From: Schizochytrium sp. TIO01
Lineage: Eukaryota; Protista; Bigyra: Labyrinthulomycetes
Assembly (NCBI GenBank): GCA_004764695.1
Contig: SMSO01000007.1
Coordinates: 2,363,270 to 2,427,269, forward strand
Reading direction: 5' to 3'
Length of the DNA: 64,000 nucleotides
Shown here: positions 1 through 13,200 of the stretch, piece by piece
Layout: each line of letters starts with the position of its first letter
Position numbering within the stretch: the stretch's first letter is position 1
Position numbers and translations under genes: made by a program
The notes under the pieces: model-generated
The model's input: only the letters and a program-made list of their open reading frames with translations
What the model was told of the DNA's origin: nothing
Databases searched by the model: none

Positions 1-404
1 TTTATAACATAGACAGGATCCTGTTGTAATAGTAATATGAAAAGTAGAGGCATTCCTTCATCAGTATGATATTGCGAAAGCAAAACTTCCAGTGAAAGGT
101 CTTGGGGTCGTTCAATGAAATTATAAAGAGTTAGGCAAGAAATTTATTTATATCCTAAATCAAGCAAATCTATAATGAAGTTTGAGCTTGATTGAAGTGA
201 TAATTAAACAAAATAAGGGGCAATAAAAGATAGCGTGCATTTATAGGGGACATGTTTATGAACTATGGCGGACACCTTCCATACTAAATTGGAGTGACTT
301 GTTCTCCTTGAACCGTGACGCTAGATTTAGGAAATATGAGCGCCTATCTTTTTTATCTCTTTTTTTTTTAAACCAGGAGAAGAGTGAATCATGAAACGGT
401 ATGC

Positions 405-1040
405 CTAGGACATGCAAAAGGCAAATACTCGCTTAGCAAAACCGTGCAACATCTGGCGACCGTATGGAATATAGCTTGCCATGAGCCAAAGATAACTAGA
501 GAATTGGATAATAACCAAAACAAGGCAGATGATACCGATCTGTAGATATACAGCAAAAACAAATGTCAGGACTAGAGTAGATACGTACAAGATTGCTGCA
601 ACACGGCGAGTTTCATTGAAAAGGGTTGTGCAGAATCGAGTTGGTCCTACAAAAAACATACTTGATCCTAATGACAGCAAATTGCCCATGGTATAGGGCA
701 GCGCAAATTTCTCTGGTTTGAAGACAATTGATGGCACGAAAAAAGTTGAGGAGATACTCATGAACGTGCCGATGCAAAAACAAATGACGAAGCCATAGAG
801 CCGAGTTTCATAGCTGAGCCCAGCGCACATCGAATTAATTTCTGCGTCAACTTGAGACCCTTCTGGGGTTACACGTTCTGCATCTTCTGCCGCAGACATA
901 TTGAATGAAGGTAGCGATCGAAAAAAGCCCCATCTGCTGCTGCCTGTTCCATTGGCCTCCCCCAGCTCAGGGTCGTCCTCCTCCACAAGCGTTACTGTCT
1001 CAGCCGCATCATCTCTCGCTCCGCGGCCGAAAAGAAACAT
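405..1040 (-). CDS. SFT2: Got1/Sft2-family vesicle transport protein (211 aa)
   Basis: Motifs LSYETRLYGFVICF, PEKFALPYTMGNLLSLGSSMFFVGP and SYIPYGR; four hydrophobic helices. The first ATG is at 1040 in an ACCGCCATG context; the ORF-track start at 1259 is non-ATG. Confidence 0.93.
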   Translation of the reverse strand: MFLFGRGARDDAAETVTLVEEDDPELGEANGTGSSRWGFFRSLPSFNMSAAEDAERVTPEGSQVDAEINSMCAGLSYETRLYGFVICFCIGTFMSISSTFFVPSIVFKPEKFALPYTMGNLLSLGSSMFFVGPTRFCTTLFNETRRVAAILYVSTLVLTFVFAVYLQIGIICLVLVIIQFSSYLWLMASYIPYGRQMLHGFAKRVFAFCMS

Positions 1041-2008
1041 GGCGGTCGTAGAGCTTTGTGTTGTACCTCCTCGAGTATTAATTGGTTTCGCTGATGCTAT
1101 AGTTGCTGCTGCTTTTGGCCTCCTATTCTTTTCCCCAAGATATCCTGTGCAGGACTGCGTGCGATCAGATGAAAGGGCAGTCAGTAACTTTCTTGGCACT
1201 TTCTCCTGCGCTTCGTATCCGACACCCAGCGAGAGCCCAGCTGTTTGCCTGTTTATCAATGAATTGTTATTAGAGATAACCTGCCTGTCTGCCTGATTAC
1301 CTGCCAGGCTTTGCTCCGCTTAGTTTTGTTGAGGTTACTTGTTGGTGCATTGTGTCTTTTGGTCTTAACCTTCTCTTGTGTTCCTTCCAAACTGTAGTAC
1401 CTAATGTCTAATCGGAATGAATAGAACTCCCTACTCCCTTATAATACATATCATATAAGTTAAGTAGAATTTCAGCCAGCCCATCTTGGCATCGTTTCGC
1501 AACACATGGACAAAGAAGAATTCAAACGGGTAATACTATAATTAACATCGTCATTTCATTATTTATAATTTCAATCCTGCTCAGGATCTTAACTTGTTTA
1601 CGTCCTGTGAATAGACTAAAACTACATCCCCCTATTGGCTTTTCCCTATACTGTGCTTTTATTTTGTATGCACCCGTGCATATCATATAGCCGACCTAAA
1701 TGCACACCTAAGACATATATTTCATGGCGGAGGGTTTACAGATTATCAGAGAAGACATCAGAGCGATAGATAGTTCTTTTGTGGCGTTTACATAGTATTT
1801 GATCTCTTTTGTTGAAAAAATACAAAATGTAACAAAGAAGGCGGATGTAGTAGAACACCATCTATCAGGTTGAAAATGGTGTATAGAACAAGAGAAGGGT
1901 CATTTAGAAAGAATATGGGAGTAACAGAAAGATACACAATTTTCAATTAGCTAATCTGAAAAAATCAATAATAAACAAATAGGCACTGGTGAACGTAGTG
2001 TTCTAAGA

Positions 2009-4036
2009 TTACAATTGCTGGTTCATTCTACGAAGGCTAGAAAGCTGATCGGAAACCGCACTTGATGCACAACGTACATCATCAAGTTTACGCCGCCAAT
2101 CCATGTCCAGTTCTTCATCTGGCTCTGTCGTTGCGTCAGAGCGGCTCGATATACTCTGATTCTTGGTCAAGAGCAGAGCCTTCTTTCTCACTTCTGATAA
2201 GGTTTCTATAAACTTACGTGAGGCCACAACATCTCCATCGTCACTAAGATCTCCAGAATTAGAAGATTGTTCGCACGTAGATGATTCCTCACAAACCATA
2301 TCTTGGTGCTGAGAACCGGGTTCCTGTTCTTCAGCAAAGAAAGGAGTAAATGGACTTGCGCTGTTGGTCCCGCGCGTAATTTCTTCTTGTAACATAGCTA
2401 CACGGTTATCATACTGCATGGCCATTGAACGCACATAACCCACGCTTTCCGGGGTTGAATGTGAGCGAAAGTAAGGCCGGCGTGATGGAACCTCTACAGG
2501 TGGCGGTCGAGCAATTGATCTGTGCTCTTGCCCAAGACGCTCTTGAATGCGAGCTAGCGTCTGCCGCAAAGACTCATCTTCTCTGTTGAAGGTATCTCCA
2601 CTTTCGGCAAGCTCCTCGCGAAGAAAATCTAGAAGTTCTTCGATAGGGTCAACCGCACTATCGACCATCTGCGGCGCAGGTTCCGTGCCAACGTTTGCAT
2701 CTGTTCGCAAAACCTTGGGTTTTGTCTCAGTCTCTGTTTGAACTGCAGCGTCTACCTTTGAAAACTCTAACGAACTTTGGGAAACCCCAGTGAGATCTGA
2801 GTTCGTTTCAGTTGTTGCATCATGAGACTGAACAATATCTGTTTGAATTGAGGATTCCACCAGGTCACACGCCAGTGCCGAGACTAGCGTCTGGATAGCA
2901 ATACTCTCTGTCCTTGGTCTGCTGATGGCTTTTTCGTCAGCTTGAGAGGACATGCTAGTCCCTTCGTCTGAGGTTTGAACCCCAACAGACAGATGTGGTT
3001 GTCTATTTGTTGCCTGTGTCTCCCTCATTTCTACATGATTCGGTTGTTGCTCCAATGTAATATCCTTGTGACGAGGTGAAGGGGAGAGAGAAAGGATCTT
3101 CTGGCGGTTTGGTCGAACAAGGCGGATTTCTATGGCCTTGGCTACAGGAATATCCTCATCATCTATACCCCCCAGGAGGCTTCTGTTATACCTGGGCTTC
3201 TGGGTGTCTTGATGACGCAGCAGGTTATCAAGACCTGCTGTGGGGTTATCGCTAGCTGATAGCATTTTTTGAGCTTGATTTTTGGATACGTTGCGGGAAG
3301 ATGCGTCATCGCGATCAAGTTGAGATTTTAAAGCAAGCTTTGCTTGATCTGATACATGTTTGCTCTCAGAACTCAAGTCGCAGGCCTCTTCCTCAGCATC
3401 AACAAAAGCTTCCGCCTCAACCTCTTCTGCACCTTGGATTGCAAGCTTCTCAAGAAGCTTGCGGGAGGCTTCCGTTGGATTTGGAGATCGGGGAGACGCA
3501 GGTGGAGGACGGCGACTGAAGTAGGTGTGCTCACTCCCGACAACCGACCCGTGAGAATGAATCGAGGTCGAGCGTTGGGACATCGAAGCTGGCGACATTG
3601 GGTATGCCTGTGCAAATCTTGCTCCAGAGTGTACAGATTCATCGTATGGATACGCCAGAGCTGCCATTGGAGGTGGCGCCATGGTCATTACTGATGGATG
3701 GTGTTGCGGCGAAGAATAAACAGAGGATGGTTCAGGATTGGGATAATAGTGCTGCGGCATTTGGTACTGTTGCATTTGCTGTATTTGATAATCGTCTTCG
3801 TAGGATAATTCGTCTTCAGTATTGTAGCGTCTTTGACGCAAGCGCCGCCTTGAATCCAGCAGCTGTCTCACTGTCTGGAAATAGTCCGTAGACAACTCTT
3901 GAGAGGCAGTAGATCCATAGTCGAGGTATGAACAGTCGTCCAGACCTTTTCCAGGAGGTTGTCCAAGCCCCATAGAGCGAGCCTCTCCGTACCAGGTCTG
4001 CCCGCTGACCTCCATTGCAGTAGGTCGCCACTCCAT
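2009..4036 (-). CDS. Hypothetical, largely disordered 675-aa protein with an array of LC8-type (xxQT) motifs and short coiled coils
   Basis: 2-kb ATG-initiated ORF, S/Q/P-rich, with repeated SVGVQTS, SIAIQTL, SSIQTD, DAAVQTE and DANVGTE. Confidence 0.8.
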   Translation of the reverse strand: MEWRPTAMEVSGQTWYGEARSMGLGQPPGKGLDDCSYLDYGSTASQELSTDYFQTVRQLLDSRRRLRQRRYNTEDELSYEDDYQIQQMQQYQMPQHYYPNPEPSSVYSSPQHHPSVMTMAPPPMAALAYPYDESVHSGARFAQAYPMSPASMSQRSTSIHSHGSVVGSEHTYFSRRPPPASPRSPNPTEASRKLLEKLAIQGAEEVEAEAFVDAEEEACDLSSESKHVSDQAKLALKSQLDRDDASSRNVSKNQAQKMLSASDNPTAGLDNLLRHQDTQKPRYNRSLLGGIDDEDIPVAKAIEIRLVRPNRQKILSLSPSPRHKDITLEQQPNHVEMRETQATNRQPHLSVGVQTSDEGTSMSSQADEKAISRPRTESIAIQTLVSALACDLVESSIQTDIVQSHDATTETNSDLTGVSQSSLEFSKVDAAVQTETETKPKVLRTDANVGTEPAPQMVDSAVDPIEELLDFLREELAESGDTFNREDESLRQTLARIQERLGQEHRSIARPPPVEVPSRRPYFRSHSTPESVGYVRSMAMQYDNRVAMLQEEITRGTNSASPFTPFFAEEQEPGSQHQDMVCEESSTCEQSSNSGDLSDDGDVVASRKFIETLSEVRKKALLLTKNQSISSRSDATTEPDEELDMDWRRKLDDVRCASSAVSDQLSSLRRMNQQL

Positions 4037-7000
4037 CGTTGCGTGACCTAATTTGATCTCGAGAGTCTCGCTGAGAAAATTTGTAGTATTGATTCAAGAC
4101 TTCAAGGGCTTTGTTGGCGAGCCTGAGTTCTTTCTAGTTGATTCTGTGCTGTGCTGTGCAAGATGGCCAACCTAGCACGTGCTTTTCCTTTCTTTGGCCC
4201 AAGAGCGAGTGCATGCAAAGTTGCTCACGCACCAGCAGCACAGGAGACGAAAAGAGGGAGGAAAGGGAGAGAAAACCTTAGCAAGTTTTGGTGGTGGTCT
4301 AAAGCAACTTGAAGTAGTGAGGCTGCGCCCACGAGAGCTTGAGGTCGATGAAGTACGGCTTTCCTTCCTTGGAGAAACCACTAAGCCAAGTCAGAGCGCG
4401 ACCAACCTATGGATCAAAGAAATCAAACTAGCTAGTGCTGCGAAGTAATAAACTTGGTTGAATGAGCGAAAGAATGAATGATTGAGCTCTCGCACTGCCG
4501 TCGCGTGCACAGACTTTTTCTTTTGTCTTTCACTTTTTTATTTTTTTTCTCTTCAAGTTCAAGATCTCTGCAGCTCATAGGCATTTGCAGTACTTGTCTA
4601 TTAATAGTAGCTAGCGATACGCGCTGCAACATTGACTTAGCAATAAGCTAGAAGAAGGACCTACTAGTAGTATTATATGATTTGAAAATATTAAAAAAAA
4701 AATCAGATGTTTCAATGACCCGACGAGAAGAGCAAAGAGAGACAATCAAAGAGCGTGAGTTGCGAAAGTTTTTCCAGCGCACAAAATTTGGGAAACCAGA
4801 AAGGGTAATTTCGAGCTTTCCTTCGTTTTCATAGCTACGGGTGACATGAAAATGGGGTCGTTTGCCCACTTATGAGACGCGTCATGACAAAGGCGAACTG
4901 GATTTTGAGGCATCCAGCCTCCTAACCTATAATCATTATATTTTGAGGAGTCTGATAGTAGCACTAAGACCCCTTATCAATACCACCAGTAATGTTTTCT
5001 TTTCTCAATTTGTATGGTCACATTATAACCTTTGAAGAAAACAACTTGAAGAAAAAGAAAAGAAAAAACAAATTGGACTCCACAGGCCCATTAACAATCA
5101 TATATTAAAAACTATAAGAAAAGGAAAGTACACCTTATCTTATGAAAATAGTAATATTCCTACCAAGCATTTTATTTTCTTGTTCTAAAGAAGAAGGTTA
5201 AAAGGTGCTACTTGGGTTTTCTTCTACCGAGCTCTTAGTGCCAGCATTCATAGCTCAGCCGAATTGTTTATACTTGTGGGAGAAAAGAATCGCGAGTCGT
5301 GATTTTTCAAGTTGTGTGCTAGCGCGTGCGAATATAGGAAGTTGTGGGACATCGTTGTACATTACGCTGCCCCTCCTGTTAGTGCAGTATTAGCAAGAAG
5401 TACTAGTATAAAACACAGCTGTTGTCATACTAAGGATCTGTTTTAGAGATTAGGGAGAAAAGGAATAGATAGTGTTGCTTGCTATTCAAAATACACTACA
5501 TAGTAATTCTCTGTACCAAAATAATACTTTCGAATCAGCATGTGAACCTGGCTGCTTTCGTAAAATTAAAAAAGAATGAGGTTTGTCAACAATAAGACAC
5601 CACATTTTACTTAGTTATGACTTATTACACTCATAACGACTGTGCTTGAGAGATAAAGTTCGATCTGTTTTGACTTAACATTATTGACTATGATGAAAAC
5701 ATGCTATCGAGTAACAAGTGTAATTATTGTATGTCAGATGAGCATTGGGTGTATGCAAACATTATCATTAATCCGAGATGGGTAATTTTATCTTTTCAAC
5801 TTCGTAGACGAAAGGATGTTCACGTATTTTAAAGAGACCTCTCCTCCACACTAGTCTTGAGGGGAAACGTATAATTTTATTAATGAGAAGCCGTCAATCA
5901 AACAGTTATCCAAAGGCAAAGCCTCAAAGAGGTTTTTAAGGATATTAACGAACAAATTGTGTTGCAGTTTGCTGAGCCTCAGTTCCTATCTTGAACAATT
6001 GAATCCGTAATCTGAGTGTTCATTCCTAATTTGCCACACGATTTTACAAAGGGAATGCTACTTGTCGAATGCTTAGACTCGTGAGAACAGAGTAAACTTT
6101 TACGTTACAAGAATAGTCTTCGTTGCTCGTTCTGCTTTAGGTTCTGATCTGAGAAAGAGACTTCATATTTTGAAAGTACCATCCAACATCCTCACAAAGT
6201 TGTCCAGTCCATTGCTTCGATCAGAATTTGGAAAGGCTACTGCACCTAACTGTAAAAACACTCAAATTCTAAAACCGGGAACTGATGAATTAGCGCAATA
6301 AATCTAACAAAATCATAACACTGAGCAGCATTTAGATTAAACAAACAATTCTGACACGTAATTCACTATCTTCTTCGACGTTTTGTTGTTTCGAAACAAT
6401 GATACTACATGGTAAAAAAATTGTTTGTCCATTCAATGGGGTTGTCACTACGTTATGCAATGCTGAGAAGGCTAAACTTAGCGCAGGGCAAAATATTGTC
6501 AATCTCTGCCAAGTTTTAGGTTCTCTGCGTTTCGGACAGAGAAGATCCATTCATAAAGCGAGCTCAAAGACACCCCCACACAAAAAAGAAGGAAAAGCAA
6601 GATTCTGTAAATGAAAGATCAATCTTAAAGTTACATCACAACTTTTCTCCTTCACAAATTGTATGCTCAGTAAGAAACAGCTGCAAACTTGCACTGTAGT
6701 TTACAAGAGCCCTCTATGAACATTTCGACTCAGTTATGAAGTCTACATAGGACAACTAAATAGCATATATTAATAAGACAACACAGCTAGGCTCGGTGCA
6801 GTCTTTCAGGTTCGCTTGAGGATATTTAGCCTTCTTTTACAAGAAATCAAAACAGTATGCTTGCACGGTAAACAATTTAAAAAATAGAAGAAGAAAAACA
6901 GATTCTTAGCACGAGGTGGGCACTAGATGAAGCGACAGCCTTATACCAAGCTCTCACCACTCGTAAGTTTCAGAGGAGTAGTACCTGCATTACAAAGCAA

Positions 7001-9057
7001 ACATAACGCTTAGGTAGAGTACAGCGGTACGCAGTATCTTGTAAAAGAAGATGTTGAGATAAACTCTACATAGGTGAATCTTTTCATTGGGTAAGCTGGA
7101 AAGTGGTAAGTAAAGAGAGAGACCAGTCATATGAAATCCATAAATTTCTGGGCCACGAGCGTAGTTAAATGCTGGAAACAGGAAAAGTTGGCCAAACTTT
7201 GAAAGACCCGTGTAGGCTTTTATTCTACCAATATACTACTGCCTAACTACCTACCCACGGAGGGTAACTATAGGTACTACTATACATACTTAATATTCAT
7301 AGGCCTACTACCTATTACCATGGCTAGCTAAAAGTGACGAAGGGGGTTGTCAAAGTTAGTCTAACTCTTGGAAACACTCTCTGACGATCCGGTGGTGGGC
7401 AAAGGAGGTAAAGAAGGGCTACTAGTGACAGGGCTGCCACTCTCAGCAACGTTGTTCGACATAATACCTGCCACAGACCCTATCACATAAAGGGGTTATT
7501 ACTGAGTTTGGTTTCTGCTGTAGTTTCAACTGTGAGAGTTATTACTACCTCACTTTCAGATGGTCCAAGCATAGCGACAATTGTGAAAACTTGCATTAGA
7601 TAAGACATGTCTAATGCTAACTACATAGCAGAGACGTCTTTGTTGCCTACAGTGTGAGAGTCGGCCAAAGCTTGAGAACATTTTGATCACCGCCATCGGC
7701 CCTAGACTTTCAAGACTTTTACATTCAGATTTTCGGGTTTTCTTGATTGCTGAGTTCTTTGCGGGAGTGCACTTAACCAGTACCGTCTAAAAAGCTGCTT
7801 TTCGTATTCAGGCTTGGGACGTTGTTTTTGCCTCGAGGCAATACTGCAATCAATACCCTAAGGGAGCAGCGCCCCATCGTTTGGGACTCGTAAAGTCTAC
7901 TTGTACCTTGCTTCCGTATCATTTAGGTAGGCAGTCAGTTAGTCAGAGTCAGCCATACAGTCAGTCAATCAGAAACTCAAGCGATCGATTGGTTAATCAA
8001 TTCATCAACCACTCAACCTATCATTTTCCTGCCACCATTAACCAGGAAGTCAATCTCTTAGAGGCTGAAGCGAATTCATCGTTCTCGTTATCTTGTTCTT
8101 CACGATTGTTGAACTACCTCCAACTTGTATATCAAGATATCAGGTTGTTTTGTTTTTTAATTGCAACAAAAACTCAATTCGCATTTGCATCCTCTGCCCT
8201 TTATAATCAAGCAACAGCTAATTTATCGACTCAGCTCCCGTGGCTATCTCACCGACTGCACATACCGGCAGATTTTGTGTCTGGAAGAAGCTATTTGCGT
8301 CCGCTCCAGGGTGCGTTGCAAAAGTGCGGGTCTTAAATCTGGAGTTCTTCTAAACGTTGCCCTCCTTCAGTAGGTGTCGCCGAGACTTGATAAAGTCCCG
8401 AGACTCAAGGGTGATTGTTTGCTGCAATAGGAAGCAGCGCCGAAGAAAGCAAGTTCCACTCCTTGAACCGTCTTCGAAAAGACTCTCGGAACTCTTTTCT
8501 ATATTAGCTTTTTGTTTGGAGCTGCGCTGGGTCCTTCCTTGGTAATTAATAGCCATTCTTTTGCTGCGCCCAAACAAACAAGCAAATAAACAAACAAGCA
8601 AACAAGCAAACAAACAAACCAGATCCCTGGCAGAAAGGATTTGATAGAAACAGTTCAGGCAAAGTTTATCTCTGTAAGGAAAGAGATTTCGCAAGAGCTG
8701 ATAGCTGATAGGGCTCCAGTGTACTTCAGTGCTTACGTGGACATAGCTTGAACCCTGCTGCATTCGACACCAGCAGACACTCACAGTACTTTCTCTTTTG
8801 GTTGATCGCAGTTTCGTTGACCTTGTTATTGAGCTTTTCCGAGGTTTCGATAGAAGTTGCAATATTTGCTTTTTCTTTGAGCGTGAGATACTTCACTTTA
8901 CGTAGAGCTCCTTGAACGATAAAGGCAAATCTTGACTATTAATTGACCGAACACCAGCAAACAGGGTGCGCCGTAGCCAGAGAGCGCGCCCTCTTTTTAC
9001 GACTGTCTCCTTTGTTGGATATTAATAAATTGGCTTACCTGCCTTGGTGCTAACATC

Positions 9058-10212
9058 ATGGGAACTTGCATGTCTGCACATGCAAATGCTGCCGCGCAAT
9101 CCAGCAAAGTGCGAAGCAACCCTCCTGAACGTCTTAGCTCGGATTTCAAACGGCATGACAGTGCAGCTACCACTTCTTCAGAGAGTATTGCAAGTTTCTC
9201 GCACAATGCCACCCCATCAGACTCAGCGGCTCTAAGTTCCCATGCAACCACGAGTAATGCGGAATCAACATCAGCCTCCTTGGCAGCAGCTTGTTTGGTG
9301 GATGCAACAGAAACTCAAAGCATAAACTCCTCTGTTCTTGGCACACAAACTTTGTTAATAAATTCAAACGATGCCAAAAGTAGCCCTCCTACTCCTATAT
9401 TTGTCATTGAAGGAAATGACAAAGATGAATGTGCAAAATCGCCAGCACTTGTAAATACAGAAAAAGCTATGTTGAGGCCGTTAGCTTCTTATTGCGAACC
9501 AAAAGACCATTATGTCAGCGACAAGAAGATACCCTTGACTAGTCAATCTGATTCGACCTCTTCATCTGCTCAAAATAATTCTCGTGTGGCTCTCTTAGAA
9601 TCTAATGATCAAGAGCCTCAGTGCCCACAAGAAAGCAATATATATAAAAGTTTTTCAAAGTCACAAGCATCACTAAGCGGGGTAGTCAAAGAGAATAAAA
9701 AGACCACATCATCAGAAACGTATGCGCAGACTGCTGATAATCTTGATAACAAAGATATCACAAACCGGGATACTGAGAAAGAATATGTCCGACCGCGTCC
9801 ACTCTTAATTGATCATCAGCCAAACAGTCAAACTCGAGTGGTAGCATTACCTCGCCTAAATCGAGCTTCAACAGACGCACTTGTGTCTGCCTTGTCACCA
9901 GCTTCTTCATCATCATTAGATTCTTTAGTCTCACACTCTTCGGACGATGCTGACATTAGTGCCTTTCGCGATCGTTTGGCTCTTATGAGAAGGTACTATT
10001 CGTGGAAGGAGATTCCCTTGGACTTTTTTGTGGACTCGCATGTGACGATTGAGGATGCTGGACCTACGAGAAGGCGGCGCCATCAACCACAAAGATCTGC
10101 ATCCCAGCGAAACCCAAGACGAGCCACTGCTGATAGTACGAGTGGAAAACAACGTCGCCCCAAACCATCAAGACCTCAACAGCATCAAGAGATTTACGCT
10201 CAACCCGCTTAA
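9058..10212 (+). CDS. Hypothetical Ser-rich 384-aa protein with predicted N-myristoylation and palmitoylation
   Basis: 1155-bp ATG ORF. The N-terminus MGTCMS fits MGxxxS with Cys4. Confidence 0.75.
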   Translation: MGTCMSAHANAAAQSSKVRSNPPERLSSDFKRHDSAATTSSESIASFSHNATPSDSAALSSHATTSNAESTSASLAAACLVDATETQSINSSVLGTQTLLINSNDAKSSPPTPIFVIEGNDKDECAKSPALVNTEKAMLRPLASYCEPKDHYVSDKKIPLTSQSDSTSSSAQNNSRVALLESNDQEPQCPQESNIYKSFSKSQASLSGVVKENKKTTSSETYAQTADNLDNKDITNRDTEKEYVRPRPLLIDHQPNSQTRVVALPRLNRASTDALVSALSPASSSSLDSLVSHSSDDADISAFRDRLALMRRYYSWKEIPLDFFVDSHVTIEDAGPTRRRRHQPQRSASQRNPRRATADSTSGKQRRPKPSRPQQHQEIYAQPA

Positions 10213-13200
10213 CTGTGTCACCAGTTCTAGATTTGTAGCCTTACCTGGTTATGTTGAGGAATCAATACTAGTGCCAACAGTGTGGGGTAAACTACATATC
10301 TACGAACCTCATATGTAGTTCGTGGACTCGAACATGCTGCTCTTCATGTTCTATCGTTTTACTAATTTAGTGCTTTATGCTTGCTTGATCTGGATTTAAA
10401 ATTGAAACTTACTTGTATTTTGAAATTCAAATACTATTACACTTTGTAACCTGCTAGATAGGGAAGCTCTAATTTATGCTTTACAAATAGACTCTTTTCT
10501 TTGCATACCAACCGAGTCATGCTATTCGTGAAAAAAAAAAAAAAAGGATGCTAAGGGGAAGGGCTATACTCTACCTTTGACACCTTTACATAATTTTCCA
10601 TCCAAGCACAAAGTTGAAGGTCTAGGGTCTACTCTTGCAAATAAATATATGTGCCCTCGATATATTAAAGATGCATCTTTTTCATCTCTATCATAGACTC
10701 AGAAATTGATTGGAGTCGTCTTTTAAGGGGGGAAAAGTCTACAGGGAGTTTTCTAACGCAGAAACAAAGGGCAGAGGATTTAACAAGACCAGTTTAGTAA
10801 TATTCATCTCCCGATACAGCGCTCAAGTCGTTTGAACAGTCTAGCTTTTAAGCTATATCTAATCTGGGAGCGGTTAAATTGGAAAGAAATCGAGGTCTAC
10901 GCAAACTTATAACTATTATTGCCGTTACTACAGCCATCATTTCGAGAAACTTTTGTTCAATCTAAGATTTGACAGATTTATAGAAAAACCAATGACCCTT
11001 TATTCGATATTTCAGGCCTGAATTTAAGTTTGAATTTGATTTACCTCCCAGGAAGTCGGCGAGTGTCCTCATAGCCCAAAAGACTATCAATGGCTGGTAC
11101 GCTGTAAACGTTGTAAATGGTGCTACACAAGTATGAGCGATTAGCACCATACTATCCTTCTTTGTTGTTGCCTGGACTTTGTGCAGCAGCAACAATTAGT
11201 AATCATAATAATGTACTACCTACCTGATCAACTGATAGCTTAAAAGGAGAGTATTGAGATATCCAATCATGGGAACTAGCGAACGATGCATTGCTGGAAT
11301 TCTAGGTTCCATTGTAAGCCCTCAGGGATTTAAAGCTAACATAATATTAGAACTAGACAACTAGATGTGTGAACTCAATATAGCCAATAGCTGAAAAAGA
11401 ACATACATATTCGCTATAATTGGGTTATGAAAGAATCTCAATTGATGGTTGAAAGGCAAATTGATGTAACCTCTTCAATTGCGTCTATTCAGATCAGGTC
11501 TTTCTAACATTAAAGTCTCTTCTGGAATTAATTTCCAAAAACAGCAGATTGCTAACTCATAAAGTAGAACTTGGTCGAGTCTTCATAAGCCTTCTTAAGC
11601 TTCTTGCTTTCATCTTTATAGTCAATCTCTAGCTGACCAGATCTATCTTTCAGCAGAGAGTCTGAAATTGCAAACAGATGAAAAGAGATTTTTAACTGCT
11701 GTGCACCAATAACAGACTAGCTTTAACTTGTCTCACTTCTGTACATCTAGGAAAACAGGAAAACGAGATTGCAGAAAGCGTTTATTAACGTAAATCAAGA
11801 AATTAACACCTCGCAAAAGCTATCTACATTTTAATGTAAAAGTTTCGTCTTGCAAGATTTCAAACATCTACCTAGGTACGTTTTGAGCGTCTCGGTTAAA
11901 ACGTCTCACCTAAGCGAAACGTTGCGCATGATCATATCACTATGCCTCATTGTGATATACAGTGTACCCGTCCCCCATTCTGCGTCAAAACTAAAGAATT
12001 GAATGATCCATCAACACGAACTAACCAAATAAATTTGAGCGCCGCTTTCTTGACGCAGCTGGGCAAGAAATTGCTTCCAATGGGTCATCTGTGGAGAGGT
12101 CAGTAGGGAAGCACAACATGATACTAAAACCGTTTATCCTCTTATTTCTGTGAATTTCCTCCTCTCAATATACCTGTTCTGTGGGTTTTGCAAATTTTCA
12201 TGCACGGGGAAGCCACAACTCACGGTGCAGAACAGTGTTGCAACGTTCATCGCAGTGCTGGGGCTCAAGATCTTACGATTAGAAGACCACTTCGTACCCT
12301 GCATTAACACAAACAGAAGTATTGATATTCATCGCATAATTTGTTCAAAACTTCCTCTCTGGTATGATGAAATTGGCAGTAGACAGTGCATCTAATTCTT
12401 TTCTTATGGACCATCGCGAGGTGCATAATGATTATGGGATGGTGGCGCAGTGTGGCAACGAAGATTCTACAAATATCTTCATACCTAGAACGTGAGCTGT
12501 TGTGCACCCGACACTTCTGCAAATAAATATCTACCACATTGTCGATTTATACTCTACGCCTTTTAGCATTCTGATTTATCTCTTTGAATTTTATTCAGGA
12601 AGGTATAGTTCTAACTTTAAGGTCTCGATTTCAATCTTTCGCATCTCGGTGTGTCTCCTGAGCCACTCCACAGACGTGAGCTGACTATGTCGAAGCATAC
12701 AGGTCAAACTCTTCATGTTGAACATCAGCAGCATTCTCAGACGTGACGCAGTTCTTCTCTGAACATGGCTCCCCTGCGCAGTTTCTTTGGCATATGGTAC
12801 AGTAGCTTGTTGGCGGACATTAAAGTCTAAGACCTGTAGAACCGCACGCCAGTACATTGCCAAGAGCCACGTAATAGCCGATTCATTCAGTCAGAACGTT
12901 GCCACTTGCCGATGGTTGTGTTTCATCTATCAGCATAATAGTGAAGGCAACTGTTAACACAGGTTGTGAAGGTTGATTTTTATTCCTTCCTGGAACTCTT
13001 TTCAATAAAAGTTTTATAATTTTTATAATTTATAAATTATATTAAAATATTTTGTCTGCTACAGGTAGGCACATAGTAGGAAGACTCCTCAACCTACCTA
13101 CCTACACACTCCACAGATAATATCCATTTTATATTATGTGCGATATGAGGACCAGGTATCACTTGTGAATGATGCAGGTCCCAGAGAGGCGGGGAGACGC

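Noticed and set aside
7881-8862. 151-aa and 170-aa ORFs upstream of the 9058 gene
   Set aside because: They have non-ATG starts, repeat-derived segments and no motifs; likely UTR or promoter sequence.
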